From contig NW_019091359.1 in assembly GCF_001949145.1 (NCBI RefSeq), forward strand, positions 3,694,039 through 3,714,038: a DNA stretch of 20,000 nucleotides. Reading direction: 5' to 3'. The position numbers and the translations under genes were made by a program. Of the stretch, positions 1-20,000 are shown one piece after another. Source of the DNA: Acanthaster planci. Taxonomy: Eukaryota. Positions within the stretch are counted from its first letter, which is position 1. Every line of letters starts with the position of its first letter. The notes beneath the pieces are model-generated. The model made no database searches, was not told where the DNA came from, and saw only the letters and a program-made list of their open reading frames with translations.

Positions 1-3000
1 ACTAATTTGTTGTCTTTTTTACACATCTATATTTTGTGGACACAATATTCTTTATGGTTTCTTGGGGCCAACAAATAATCAAACAAAAAGTAAGCTTTGG
101 GCTCCTCTTCGTTATTGAAGTAACCCTGATAAATATTTTTTGAAACCATCTTTTAGGTGTGGGATGTTTGTAATTAAATACTTGAAATGAAGTTTGTCAA
201 GTTTCTCTTTTTTTCTTTTTTTTTACTGGCAAGGAAACAGTCCAGATTAAACCAATGTTAACAGTGATGTTCATTTGAGGATTGAAAGACCTGTTTTTTG
301 TACATGAAGATACATACGTATTTGGATGTCTTACTGCATGGCTTGCCTTCATGGTCTCATGTGTTACTACTTTGACCATGCATTTTGTACAGTATTGGTT
401 GTGGGCATGCACAATTGAGGGCAGTGTTCAGCCTACTCACCAGTGGCACGAAGGCATGTGTTGATGGCATACCAGCTTACAAATGCCAAATCATGCCTCG
501 CTGACCAACAGCATATTTTGCACACAAGTGATTGTTGCTTAGGTTGGCTGAAACCATTGTAAGGATGACCCATTGATTCTGCTGGAGAAATGTATTCAGC
601 TGTAATCATTGCTAAGTAATAACATTAGAAGCACAGTCATCCTGCAGTGTATATTTGTCAGTGGTACGACTTTGCATCAGTTTTGTGAACCTATGTGGTG
701 ACATCTTACAAGTACATTGTAACGTAACTAAGCAAGCTGGTCCTTGCTTTTCCTGAAGGAAGTAATGTCAAAGTGCCTTTTTTAGTTGATTGCTGTGTAG
801 TACTTAGTGTTTGTTATACATTTTTTTGAAAGTTACATTCAAGTGGATTTATTTTACGTCATGTGCTGTTCCCAAATGTCCACTCGCTATTGTTTCCTGT
901 ACAAGCTGGTAAATATAGATTTCCATCTTGTTTTATACTAGTTTATTCTTTCCAGCCGTCTCATTTTTGTACAGGAGTCAGTATCCCTCAACTAATCAGG
1001 GAAAGAAATGAACTGTACAAACCTGTCTACAACTTGAAATTCAAATTGTTTTTAAAAGTAGGTTTTAACAAGTTCATCAATTGTAATTACTGTATATAAT
1101 TGGACCATTAAGTACTTTTATTGACTAATTTGTAATCCTTGCATTGTATTCAGTAGCAATATGTGTAACAGTTTTGTTTTCAGTCATTTTAATTGTACAT
1201 TTAGTTGAGTTTGAGTCTTTTAGTGAGATTGTTGACACTTTACAGTGGCTTAGTTAAAATCACACTGTGAATTCTTAATACGCATAAAATATCCATTGCT
1301 TGAAGCCAGTTGATGGGAGATGCTAGATATAAGATATTGCTCAGCAAGTACTTGTGTTCAGCAGTAGTTAGGCAAAAACAGTCACAGGCAGTAAACAGTG
1401 CAGGATATTTAAACCAGTAATCACTTTTGCAAAGCAACTGTTTTTCTCTTCAGTATCCAGTATCACTGGTGTAGTGATAGCAATCCCAAAGACTTGATGA
1501 CTCAAAGATAAGTTTGAAAGTGAATATGTTGCCTTTTGGGTGAAGTTCGACCATATTTTTAGCATGATTGTTTTACCCTGGGTTCAATTTAGTTGACTTT
1601 AGACACTGTAATTTGCATTAGAAGCACCAATGTTATCAAATTCCTTGTGGCATAAGGATCTATTTCAAGTAAGTGCAACACCAGTGTCTTAGTTCATGTT
1701 AGTTTTGTAGGCGAATGCATAGATTTGTGGGAAGAATTTTAGATTTGGGGGGGGGGTTAACTCTGTTTAGATTATTTTGAAGTTATTTTGGGCACAGGGA
1801 AGTGGTATCTTTTATTTCATACATGTAGTTTTGCATGCGAGTGTAATCCTTAAATTGTAAAGTGTTTGTTTTAATTTTGTTTAGATATCCACTTGTGTTT
1901 AATTTTTCATTTACTTGTGCTGTACATCAGACAAGGTATTCACACCTTGTCTATCACATTCTTGCCACTTTCAGAAAACAGGCATAAAAAGCCCAAATGT
2001 GTAAGCTGTAACAGTGAGATGTCCAACTTGAAAGATATCTGTTGCCTTTTATTGGGCTCAGCCAGCAAGCTTTGTAAAACAAAATTGATGAAATCACCAA
2101 TATATAAATCAAAGAACAAGTGGGAGATTTAGGAATATTTCTGGGCAAGATACAGGTTCTTTTCATTTTTCCATTCTCTGTGATGGAGTCATCAAAGGAT
2201 TTGTATTTTTGTCCTGATTTATAAACATCAATGAAATACTTTGCTATCCCACTGCTGACACTAATATCAAGGTTTTTAAAGAATCAGTGCTTTTAATGTT
2301 TTCTCTCCCAAATATTTTTAACATGTTGAAGAGAAAGAAATGTCATGTTTGTCTGCTAAAGAGACTTGCCATGATTTAAGTGGTTGAAATTCCCACACTC
2401 TTAAACCTCGACAAAAATTAGAAAGGTTTTGTGACCTCGAAAACAACTGCAGATGGTCAAAATGTACATCTAGGAGTTCGAAGTAATCACTTGTCAATGC
2501 TCCAAATGACTAGATGTCAGTATCCTTTATTTCACTTCATTGTATATAACATATACTTGTTAATTTTGATTTAGGAGTTCCATGTTGGCATTATCCAATT
2601 TGTTTGAAGTGGTTTTGCAGTTATTGCTGATGGTAGCTCAGCTTTTTGTGACAGTCCCAATAACTACATAATTAGTGTTTCTAGTTATCACCCCTTACCC
2701 AAACTACATCCTTTGTAATTTATCAACAATGCGGAGCCAGAGGTTCACTCAAGATTGTTAGAGTTGCATTCCTGAATTTGGAATTGGGTGGGAATTTTCA
2801 TCATGTTGTTCACAGAAGTCATTTCCATAGTTTGCATTTCAAGTAAAGATTACCATTATTAAACTAGTTTCTTACTGCTGTAAAAAGTATAAATTTCTTG
2901 AGAAAGTATAGTCTCATTGCAAGATAAATTCCATAAAATTTGTAGATATCTGTAACTAATAAAAAAGAAAAACACGCAAGCACTTGATTGGATCAGTAGT

Positions 3001-3100
3001 TGGCAAGAAGTAAGTTTTTTATATCACTTTTTTGCTTCATTGTATAGGCAATCAAACCATCATATATTTAATAAAACTTCAGTATGTATTTGTCTAAAAA
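1..3100 (+). other. Probable long 3' UTR of an upstream plus-strand gene outside the window
   Basis: No credible ORF; T/G-rich plus-strand composition with many TTTGTA/TGTA words, changing to A/C-rich near 3100; AATAAA at 3070-3075. Confidence 0.4.
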
Positions 3101-4170
3101 AATTGCCTTTTTGACTTACTTGTGAAAATTCATGAGGGAGTTGCGTAAAAAACCAAAAATGTGCTGAAGAACAATTACTTAGAAATTTTGCTCCTTGCAG
3201 AGTGAGGACAAAAGTACAAATAGGCCACAAGAATGGTGATCCAAATGCCTTGGAAAACCTTCATTCTAGATAGTTCCAAGCTGATCTGCTAAGACAAACA
3301 AATTTGACAAAGTTGAACAAAGATAACAATATCCAAAAATAGCAGCACTGCAGTCATGACAAAGATAATTACATGTACAAATACTACAAACATCAAGACA
3401 AATATTCAAATTATGAAGATAATTGATTGCTTTTGGACAAAACAGTTGGGAAGGTATTTACACACTTACAGTGAGATAATGTAGATAAAGTGCTCAATTT
3501 GAAGTCAAGCTTTTTTAATAGATTAACTATAAATATCGCTCACTTTCTTCAGAGAGAAAATAATTTACACCCAAAATAAATCATTTAGCAGCATGTTCAC
3601 AATTACATCAAATATGGCTTTCTTTGTGACCACAAAACTATTCATTTAACCAATACTGATTGGGATTTTCACGTTATCGGTGGTACAAAAAAGTTGCTCA
3701 TATCCATTCTGCATGCATTGTTGAGGGCGCTCTTTGTAGGACCCACAAGTCCCAAATGTAAATATTTGTAATTTGCTGACTTTGCCAGTTAATCAGTGCA
3801 TATGCAAAGTATTAAAGTCAAGCCAACAGGATATTCAGCACACAACCAGTATCTAAATGTATATACATATTGATCATGGTGTACTCTGAAGGGGTCATCA
3901 CTCTGAAATGGGGTTCATTCCATCTTAGTACACAACTGAAAAAAGGACCATTGTTTTCCCCCATTTGTCTCTCAAGAGGGCCTTGATATGCATGGAGCTT
4001 GTACAAGTAACACCAGTCAGATGTTGTAAACCCATTAAAGCAGAATTGTTGCTGGCAGGTTTTCTTGTTAATCATTATCAGCTTGGCACCAGACATAACA
4101 TGCATATCATCATGTGACAATTGGCTGGTAACTGATTTGACAGAATATTTGTTTTGTTTTGGTCCAGGAT

Positions 4171-4307
4171 TTATTGTCTCAGCGGTGGTGATATTTCATG
4201 GAATCTCTTCAACATTGAGGTCCTGACACTCTCCGTTAGCTCTGGCACATCATCAGATGTCAAGCCTTTTGTTGGAACATTTGGAAGTACATCAACTTTC
4301 ATGTCCA
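4171..4307 (-). CDS. AGPAT1/2: AGPAT exon 6, terminal ([28 protein letters not shown]...PPLRQ*)
   Basis: Acceptor tgacag; the VLPxVPTxGLTxDDVPxL segment is typical of the AGPAT1/2 C-terminus; stop TAA at 4173-4171. Confidence 0.92.
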
Positions 4308-7300
4308 CTGTCAAACCATTAACGCAAGAAGTTTTGAATGACAAAAGAATGCTGAGCAACATATCAATAACAAAGACTATACATTCTTTTCACTGTTCTA
4401 TATCTCTTTCCACCCAACCCAATTACAAAATACATTGAGGGTATTTCAGTTTCAATTTTAAATCCTGATTCTTCTTAGAAATGAAAAAAAATATAAGTAA
4501 TGGGTACAAGCTTGGTCTAGTAAAAGTACTGGTTTACTTTTTTGACAACATGCTAATATATTGTTGAATTTGAAACAAGCTGTTGCTTCAATATCTCTTG
4601 AATATTTTAATCACAATGTTGAAACAAACAAATATAAACGTATTGTGAAATCTGTTCATTTTGATTGCATGCATTCTTGCACTGAAGCAGAAAGTAAAAG
4701 CTGGGAAAAAGTTCAACTTTACCTCTGTCAAATTTTTTTTCCTTGGAGCTGTACATGTGACGATATCTTGAGACGACAATAGGGACAATGGGAACCTACA
4801 AATCAAAGAACTCATCTTTATAAGCAGAAAGAATTCAACTGAATAAAGCAAACCTTTAAATAGAGATCTACATTCTAAAACTAGAACAGCCATCATGTTC
4901 ACGATTGATTAGTTACATTTTTGAAACTCTATACAAGGTTTATTTGCAGATAGTGAATTAAATCAGATAAAATTATAAATAACAATAAAATTCTATACCA
5001 AAAGCAAAGGAAAAATAAAATTTCCTTATGATTGTACAAACTCAAGAAATGCCAAACTGAATATTTGTGGACAATTACAGCTCTGAGTTCCTGTTTTTTA
5101 TGGGCAAGACTTTTTCACAGAAAAAAGAAAAAGTCAGTCTATAAAAGAGTCAGAAATACACAAAGCTGATTGAATTTACCTGTGCCTGCACAGCAATATG
5201 AAATGCCCCTTTCTTAAATGGAAGCAAGTCTGTATCAGGTGCATGAGATCTGGTTCCTTCTGGATAAATCCATAATTTACCCTGAAAAAAAAAATAAAAA
5301 TATAAGCCATCACAAGTCATTGGACAGTATTACATTTCATTTCATCAAATTGGTTTCACACACCACATATTTAATTGGGAAGGCTGGGTTCAGGATCATA
5401 ATAGAATGAAGTGAGCAAATTGTGACTTGAATCTGAAAGGCAGAAAAGGTTTAGGAAACATTTTTAAATAAGAGGATATAATAATATAGCATCTATAGTA
5501 ACTCAAAACCAAATTGGGGAACTCAAGATTCTTGTCTGAATTTTGAAACATTCATACGATAGTTTAATCTGTCAAATTTCAAATCAAATTTATTTAACTA
5601 CTTTCTTTGGGGAAAAACCTCCAGTGGACTAATTCTCAAGATCTACCATTTCATACCGGTCAAAAGTGGCTGACCACAATTTGGTTTCTTTAAAGAAATA
5701 CGCACATACACAGCTGCAAAGAGAGTGGAGAATACAGCTTGTATTCCACAACAGGAATTCCAACACCTGTCCAAAGTCCATGGAATTTGACAATCAGAGT
5801 GCTCTGGGTTATCTACAATGCTGAGGTCAAGAAACTTTGATAGCTTGGCGTGATTTCATCACAATGAAAGTGCAAAGTCTATCAAATATACCACATGACT
5901 ATGGGTTCCATCCAGAGGGTCCCTGGGCTTTTTAAAATGGGAAGAAATATTACATTTGGATTTACAGAATTTTCAGGTACCTACAACATGTTAGACCTAC
6001 CTTTGGACGCTCTTTTATGGAGAAAAACATAATATCATACCATTGGATTTGACAGTATTCTACAAAACAAGACAGGAATTTTGATGCTAGTTGAATGGGG
6101 TAGCATATGGGTATGCAAACCATCTAAAAAGTACAGAAAATTATTTATCTTTTGTAAAAAGCAGATTACATTCATACATGTAGGACCAGCCAATTCATCT
6201 TGTTTACCTGGAACCTGCCCCCCCCCAAAAAAAATTATTACATTCCCCCTTAAACTTGTCTTACTCTTTTCAATGCAAAGTTCCCCTTTTACTCTCAACC
6301 CTAACAAAGGGTTTCTGGATCATAAAGTGGTGTGTCAAGGGTTTGAGTCTGGGGAGGACAAAGTGTTTTTCTAAAAATGATTGTCCAATGTGTTTCTTCG
6401 TTTACTTAAAATTCTCACCCTGTACAGAAAGTTTTAAGTACCATTTATGATGAGTTGGTGCTCTCAATTTCTTTAAAAAAAGGCAAAAATTATCTGCGGC
6501 AAGGGGGGCACCCACCCTCGGGGAATGTTCCAATTGGATCAGCCTAAAATACTTGAACCATTAAATTACCCTTTCTTCTTTGAGGAACTTGACGCATCGA
6601 TCACTAGTCGCCCTTGCCTGAGCTGGATTTTTTCTATCAACAAAGAAGACGCCAGAAGCAATACAGCCAAGCCCATAGGTGAGGGTGTATTTGAGGGAGT
6701 TTTTAGCCAAGATGGAACAGCGACCAGGTGCCCAACACTTCAAGTATGCTAAACATGAAAACAACCAAGAAATAATTCACTGAGTTATATGTCATCAGGA
6801 TGTAGGCATTGTTTACTGCTAAACGTGACTCTCTTGAATACGTGAGATGTTTCATATATTGCTGGGGTATGAAGGTCAAGATGAACACACAGCTTTCTAT
6901 TCTCCTGATCGCAGTTTTGAGGTACTTTTGTGAAATGAAAGAAGAAAAACGGGCAGGAAGGTTATTTGTGCGCCCCCCCCAAGAAAAATGGTGAAGCTAA
7001 AAAGGATCAGATAGGACAATGATCAATAAAACTCTGTGAAGGATATTTATTCACCTCGCCTCTTTTGAGTTTTAGGTTTATCTGAGTGTCATACAAATGT
7101 ACCTATCCAAATAAAGACAGATATCTTACGAAGCTGGTCCAGTGATGTTTGATGGTTGATGACAAACACGCAGGGTTCATTCACACCTAATCGATCTGGT
7201 GTATTTAGCATCTCAATGTGAACGCTAAATAACATTTCGAAGCTTAGGTAATGGGCAAAGAAGTTCCACCACCTATAGAGACATAAAACATGACTGAGAT

Positions 7301-8423
7301 ATTGAGTTTTCCTGCATCATTCAAGAATCTTCTTTAACATTACCCTTCATCATAAGTTGCCATGGGGATAGTTCTCCTGATCATCTCTATAATTCAGCCT
7401 TCCAATCAATGCAGCTCTCTTTTTTCATTACTAGTCTTAACAACATTGACATTAGCATCACCCTATCACAATCCATCTTCTACCATCACCATCTTACCAT
7501 CACAACCATTAACTTGCATCACCTTTTTTGATAATGATGTCCAGTACTTGTACGATGTTAAAGGTGCTCTATAAATACCTTTATTATTATAACCACCACT
7601 GTTATCCAACTTCATCATCTATATTCTTACCTTAACTAACACACTGAATAAAATCATAAGCCATAATATTCCATTTCCCCTACCCAGATGCTAATCCACT
7701 GCAGAGCGAGGGTTATAGGGTCTCCACCCCCCCTCCCTCTCCGGGCCATGTTTTTTTCTTTTCAGGGGCCTAAGTCTAAAGGTTGGAAAATCCCCTAAAA
7801 AGCATATGAGACTTATTTTGGGTGTGCAGTTATGGACAAAAGAAAGAGATTAAATGGCTTTGAACACCAAGGGCGACAAAGTTCTTTCTGAAAGAGATTA
7901 AATGGCTTTGAACACCAAGGGCGACAAAGTTCTTTCTGATCCCCATCATTTCCCCACCCCCTCCCCCGCCCCAAGTACAAAAATTCCTTGATCCACCCTT
8001 TTTTCTCACCTTTTCTACCAAGAAATTAACAGAAATTTAATTACACCTCATAAATCCTCATGCCCAGCTCTATCCATGGAGGAAGGTGTGTTCCTTCCTC
8101 CATGCTCTATCTAACCACTATGACTGAATTACCACTGTATGATGACTTGAACCAACGCCCCTTCCACTTTGCAGTTATCCTCAGGCGAATTAAATGAATG
8201 ACAAGTAAACAAAATGAAGTTAAATAAATACATGTACTTACCACATGTTGGCCGTATCACCGAAGCTGTTGGTTAGTAAGCTCGCTATTGTAACAAGCAA
8301 GCCAAGAATGAGATGCCAAATCATAAACATGGTGTACTTAATGTAGAACTGAGCAACCCGATTCACTTTGCATAGCGCATATGACCCAGCAGAGCAAAAC
8401 ACAACCAACGTCAAAAGGTTCAT
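4171..8423 (-). CDS. AGPAT1/2: 1-acyl-sn-glycerol-3-phosphate acyltransferase (LPAAT, AGPAT1/2-like), whole gene, 6 coding exons, 271 aa
   Basis: complement(join(4171..4307,4723..4795,5180..5281,6570..6748,7130..7272,8242..8423)) = 816 nt. All introns are GT-AG with consistent phases. PlsC acyltransferase motifs are present: NHQTSLD (I), FFVDR (II), YPEGTR (III), LPFKKGAFH and VPIVPIV (IV). The N-terminus is hydrophobic. Confidence 0.93.
4723..4795 (-). CDS. AGPAT1/2: AGPAT exon 5 ([24 protein letters not shown])
   Basis: Acceptor ttgtag, donor gtaaag; motif IV VPIVP. Confidence 0.93.
5180..5281 (-). CDS. AGPAT1/2: AGPAT exon 4 ([34 protein letters not shown])
   Basis: Poly-pyrimidine tract plus ttcag acceptor, donor gtaaat; PEGTR and PFKKGAF motifs. 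Confidence 0.95.
6570..6748 (-). CDS. AGPAT1/2: AGPAT exon 3 ([10 protein letters not shown]...GVFFVDRKN...KEER)
   Basis: Acceptor gtttag, donor gtaatt; motif II FVDR; lies inside ORF 6561..6764. Confidence 0.93.
7130..7272 (-). CDS. AGPAT1/2: AGPAT exon 2 (WWNFFAHY...[11 protein letters not shown])
   Basis: Acceptor ctatag, donor gtaaga; contains the catalytic NHxxxxD motif. Too short for the ORF track. Confidence 0.93.
7842..7939. repeat. Perfect 48-bp tandem duplication in AGPAT intron 1
   Basis: GAAAGAGATTAAATGGCTTTGAACACCAAGGGCGACAAAGTTCTTTCT occurs at 7842 and 7890. Confidence 0.97.
8242..8423 (-). CDS. AGPAT1/2: AGPAT exon 1 ([10 protein letters not shown]...GDTANMW)
   Basis: Kozak CCACCATG at 8423; donor TG|GTAAGT at 8241; hydrophobic TM-like segments. 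In-frame upstream ATGs at 8459 and 8546 make the start ambiguous. Confidence 0.82.
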
Positions 8424-8800
8424 GGTGGAGAATTTGGAACCGTCAGATGGTTGAAGCATGGAGGTAGAATGGTTGAAGTATGATCGGTGGCAGAATTCAC
8501 TGCGTTTCACTGTAAACGCGGTGGCAATCCTAGCTGCTTCACGCATCAACGAACAATGCCTTATCAAACGGGAAACAGCGATATGTACACGTACATGTGT
8601 CACGCCACATCACGCCAGCTGGCCAGCTCTGACCCCTCCGATGCACGCACTGCAAACATATTAAAAATCTGGACGAGACGATCGCTTCAGACGAACTAGG
8701 CAGGTGGATTGTACCATTGTCAGGTTGAAGTACAGTACGGTGACGAAATAAGGCGCGTGTGAAAATGTGCATAGGCGGAACGGTTCAAGTATTGGCTTAA
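8424..8800 (-). promoter_or_regulatory. CpG-rich promoter / 5' UTR region of the AGPAT gene
   Basis: Visibly CpG-dense patch directly upstream of exon 1, against a CpG-poor background. Confidence 0.55.
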
Positions 8801-10210
8801 GGATACCATAATTTCCTAGTTTTGGGAGAAATAAAGAAATTTCAACCGCAACATGCATACTTATGTCATCCAAAACAATGGTTTATTTTTGGAGATAAAC
8901 CGGTTGACCCGGCCTTTCATTAGATCCAGCTTAAATTCATCAACTTGAATTATCATTTTTGAGGCAAATGCCTACAAATCTATCGCAGCATACATACGTG
9001 AAAAAATTGAGTACCCAAGTTTGTTATTTATGTATAATGCTATTAATTAAAAACATATAAAATCCACAAAAGACTCTAGTTGGGTTGCAGGAAGTAAAAC
9101 AAAATAGATGCCTTTCAATAATTTTCTTTAATCCATTAATTTTTACCAGCAAATTTTGAGATTAATTAAAAATTAATCAAAGCCCCCCACACTGTCAATG
9201 GAAATGTCCCCCTTACCTGAAGAACTTAAACATGACCTAGACGATGAAGCCCTCGCCAACAAAAAAGTTCTCAAAATTGAATTCCCAGAAAAACCTCTGA
9301 AATTTTTCAGATGGAATGTTGATGAGTAAGCTGTTGATATTTTTCACTGAGAGCCTTTGCGGATAATTTTCATTTACCTTGGCTAACAAAAATATTAAAG
9401 GCTGTTCAACAAATGTTCAAAACAAAATTAGATTTTGCTTTAAACTAAGTAGGCTTGAGTCGCATCCATTGTGGTGCCAATAAAAAAACTACAAAATAGT
9501 TTGCAAGGATTGTGGGACAGTCTGACAAACAGTGATGCAATCCCATAAAGAGGGTTAATGCAAAGATATTTACATACAACGGAATATTAACATCAGTATG
9601 TTTCCATCTACTTAAAACCAGCCGTTCATTATCACGCACTTAGGCGTATGCATCCCCCTCTCGAGTACATGTACATTTATGGTATAACAAAGGGGCAGGG
9701 CACACATTGCATCTTTTCCGCTGGGTCTGCCCCTGACATTGTCTTCTACAAAAATCAACGGAGGTTTAGAGTTTGTTGCTTCATATTTGGTACAAGAACA
9801 TGATGCTCTATGGTTTTCAAGATGTCAAATTCTTTTCATGTCTGTTTCACACTGATCTCGATCTTGATCAGCAGTCCAGATGCTAATTAGTGCCATCCAC
9901 TGGGTAAGTTTGGGTGTCAGCCTGAACCAAGGTCAGATCACTAATCGTAATCTGGATCTGCATCAAACAAACAAGTGAAGTCTGGTTGTGCTTCGGTCTT
10001 GTCTCACTGCTATTTCTTATGGTAGTGGGAATGTAAGACGTCTGTTTTCTCATCATCACAATAAAGACTTCTTGCTGTGTCTTTCCACTGTCCATATCTA
10101 CATATCACCTTACAGCTTAGTACATTCATATCACAAAATACTCATTTCATAAGTAATCAAGTTTGGAGAGTATGATCCATCTTTCCTTCTCTCCAATCAG
10201 ATCTGCTTTG

Positions 10211-19290
<9,080 letters not shown>

Positions 19291-19519
19291 GCTGGAGAAA
19301 CAACTTTCTGCTGCATGCCAGTTGGCTACCGACGGTGTACATGTACATGTAAGTACCGCACCGCGTACCGTACCAACGCGTGATCATGGAGACGGACATT
19401 TATTATCCATCGAGTACGGGTAGCCAGTACTACTGTTATATGAATATAATAGATCAGAGCTCCCTTGGATTTTTATGTCAATATACTACAGAATACATCG
19501 GCTAAAAGATTAATCCAAA
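19291..19519. promoter_or_regulatory. Bidirectional promoter and 5' UTRs shared by ZMYND10 and DCPS
   Basis: 229 bp between divergent ATGs; locally CpG-rich; YY1-like AAAATGGCGGC overlaps the DCPS start; degenerate X-box-like GTTGGCTACCGAC at 19321-19333. Confidence 0.75.
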
Positions 19520-19904
19520 ATGGCGGCGCACGTGGAAGAGAAAGACGTGAATTGCAAACGTTCCAAAATTGACGATACTCCGGATCAGACTTCTGTGCAG
19601 TCAACTAAAAAAATAAAAAAGGACAAAGTTGAAAGTGAGGATAGAGTATCCAAAACACTGGAGAGTTTTGATGGTTTTGAGGTGTTAAAAATCCTCTATA
19701 AAAATCCACAAAATAAATCGGTGTTTCTCTACGGGAAATTTCAAGGCAATGATGATAATGCAGTTGTGTTACTGGAAAAAACGCCTTTTCCCGTGTCAGC
19801 GCTGTCTACACTTTTATCTGCCGATGTTTCATTGAAACCGCTCTTACAGAACGATATATACAGTGTGTATGATGGACTCCCCAAGCAGGATCTGGGCTTC
19901 AGTG
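19520..19904 (+). CDS. DCPS: m7GpppX diphosphatase (scavenger mRNA decapping enzyme), first coding exon; gene continues beyond the window
   Basis: AAAATGG start context; basic NLS-like N-terminus (KRSK, KKIKK); DcpS N-domain signatures KSVFLYGK, AVVLLEKTPF and NDIYSVY; likely donor G|GTGAGA at 19905. The HIT motif is outside the window. Confidence 0.9.
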
Positions 19905-20000
19905 GTGAGATCATTTATTCATGGTTTAGCTGACATTTATACCGATGTGAAGTTAGTTCCTCGTTCCTCGTTTGACGTTCGACATTCAACGTTGAACAAG

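Noticed and set aside
197..2166. Several 60-79 aa ORFs in the first 2.2 kb
   Set aside because: No recognisable motifs, random-like composition and no consistent exon chain.
6500..6530. Minus-strand FPEGG resembling the acyltransferase PEGTR motif
   Set aside because: Lies in intron 3 with no usable splice sites; the true motif (YPEGTR) is in exon 5180-5281.
6181..6546. Possible old MITE bounded by TAGGACCAGCCAATT / AATTGGATCAGCCTA
   Set aside because: Only about 11/15 terminal match and no second copy in the window; too weak to call.
7400..7640. CAT/CAC-rich stretch and ORF 7362..7574
   Set aside because: Degenerate low-complexity sequence in AGPAT intron 1.
9883..10095. 70-aa minus-strand ORF downstream of the ZMYND10 stop
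   Set aside because: Within the presumed 3' UTR; no homology or splice support visible.

Overview
Eukaryotic (animal, probably marine invertebrate) genomic DNA, AT-rich, with two assembly gaps (10841-11342, 12102-12372). I assembled three intron-containing genes by hand using GT-AG boundaries and frame continuity: (1) a complete 6-exon 1-acyl-sn-glycerol-3-phosphate acyltransferase (AGPAT1/2-like, minus strand, 8423->4171, 271 aa); (2) a complete 11-exon ZMYND10 (minus strand, 19290->10211, 453 aa, C-terminal MYND finger); (3) the first coding exon of the scavenger decapping enzyme DCPS (plus strand, from 19520), head-to-head with ZMYND10 across only 229 bp. Positions 1-~3100 look like the 3' UTR of an unseen plus-strand gene. 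The ZMYND10 introns hold most of the unusual structure: a tandem repeat built from copies of the exon-10 splice donor with a 1.3-kb TIR transposon inserted in one copy, two inverted copies of a Tc1/mariner-type MITE bracketing exons 3-4, a 240-bp foldback, an 80-nt hairpin and a 12-bp minisatellite. A candidate 43-aa small ORF lies between AGPAT and ZMYND10. I cannot establish a new biological system from sequence alone; the findings are testable candidates.
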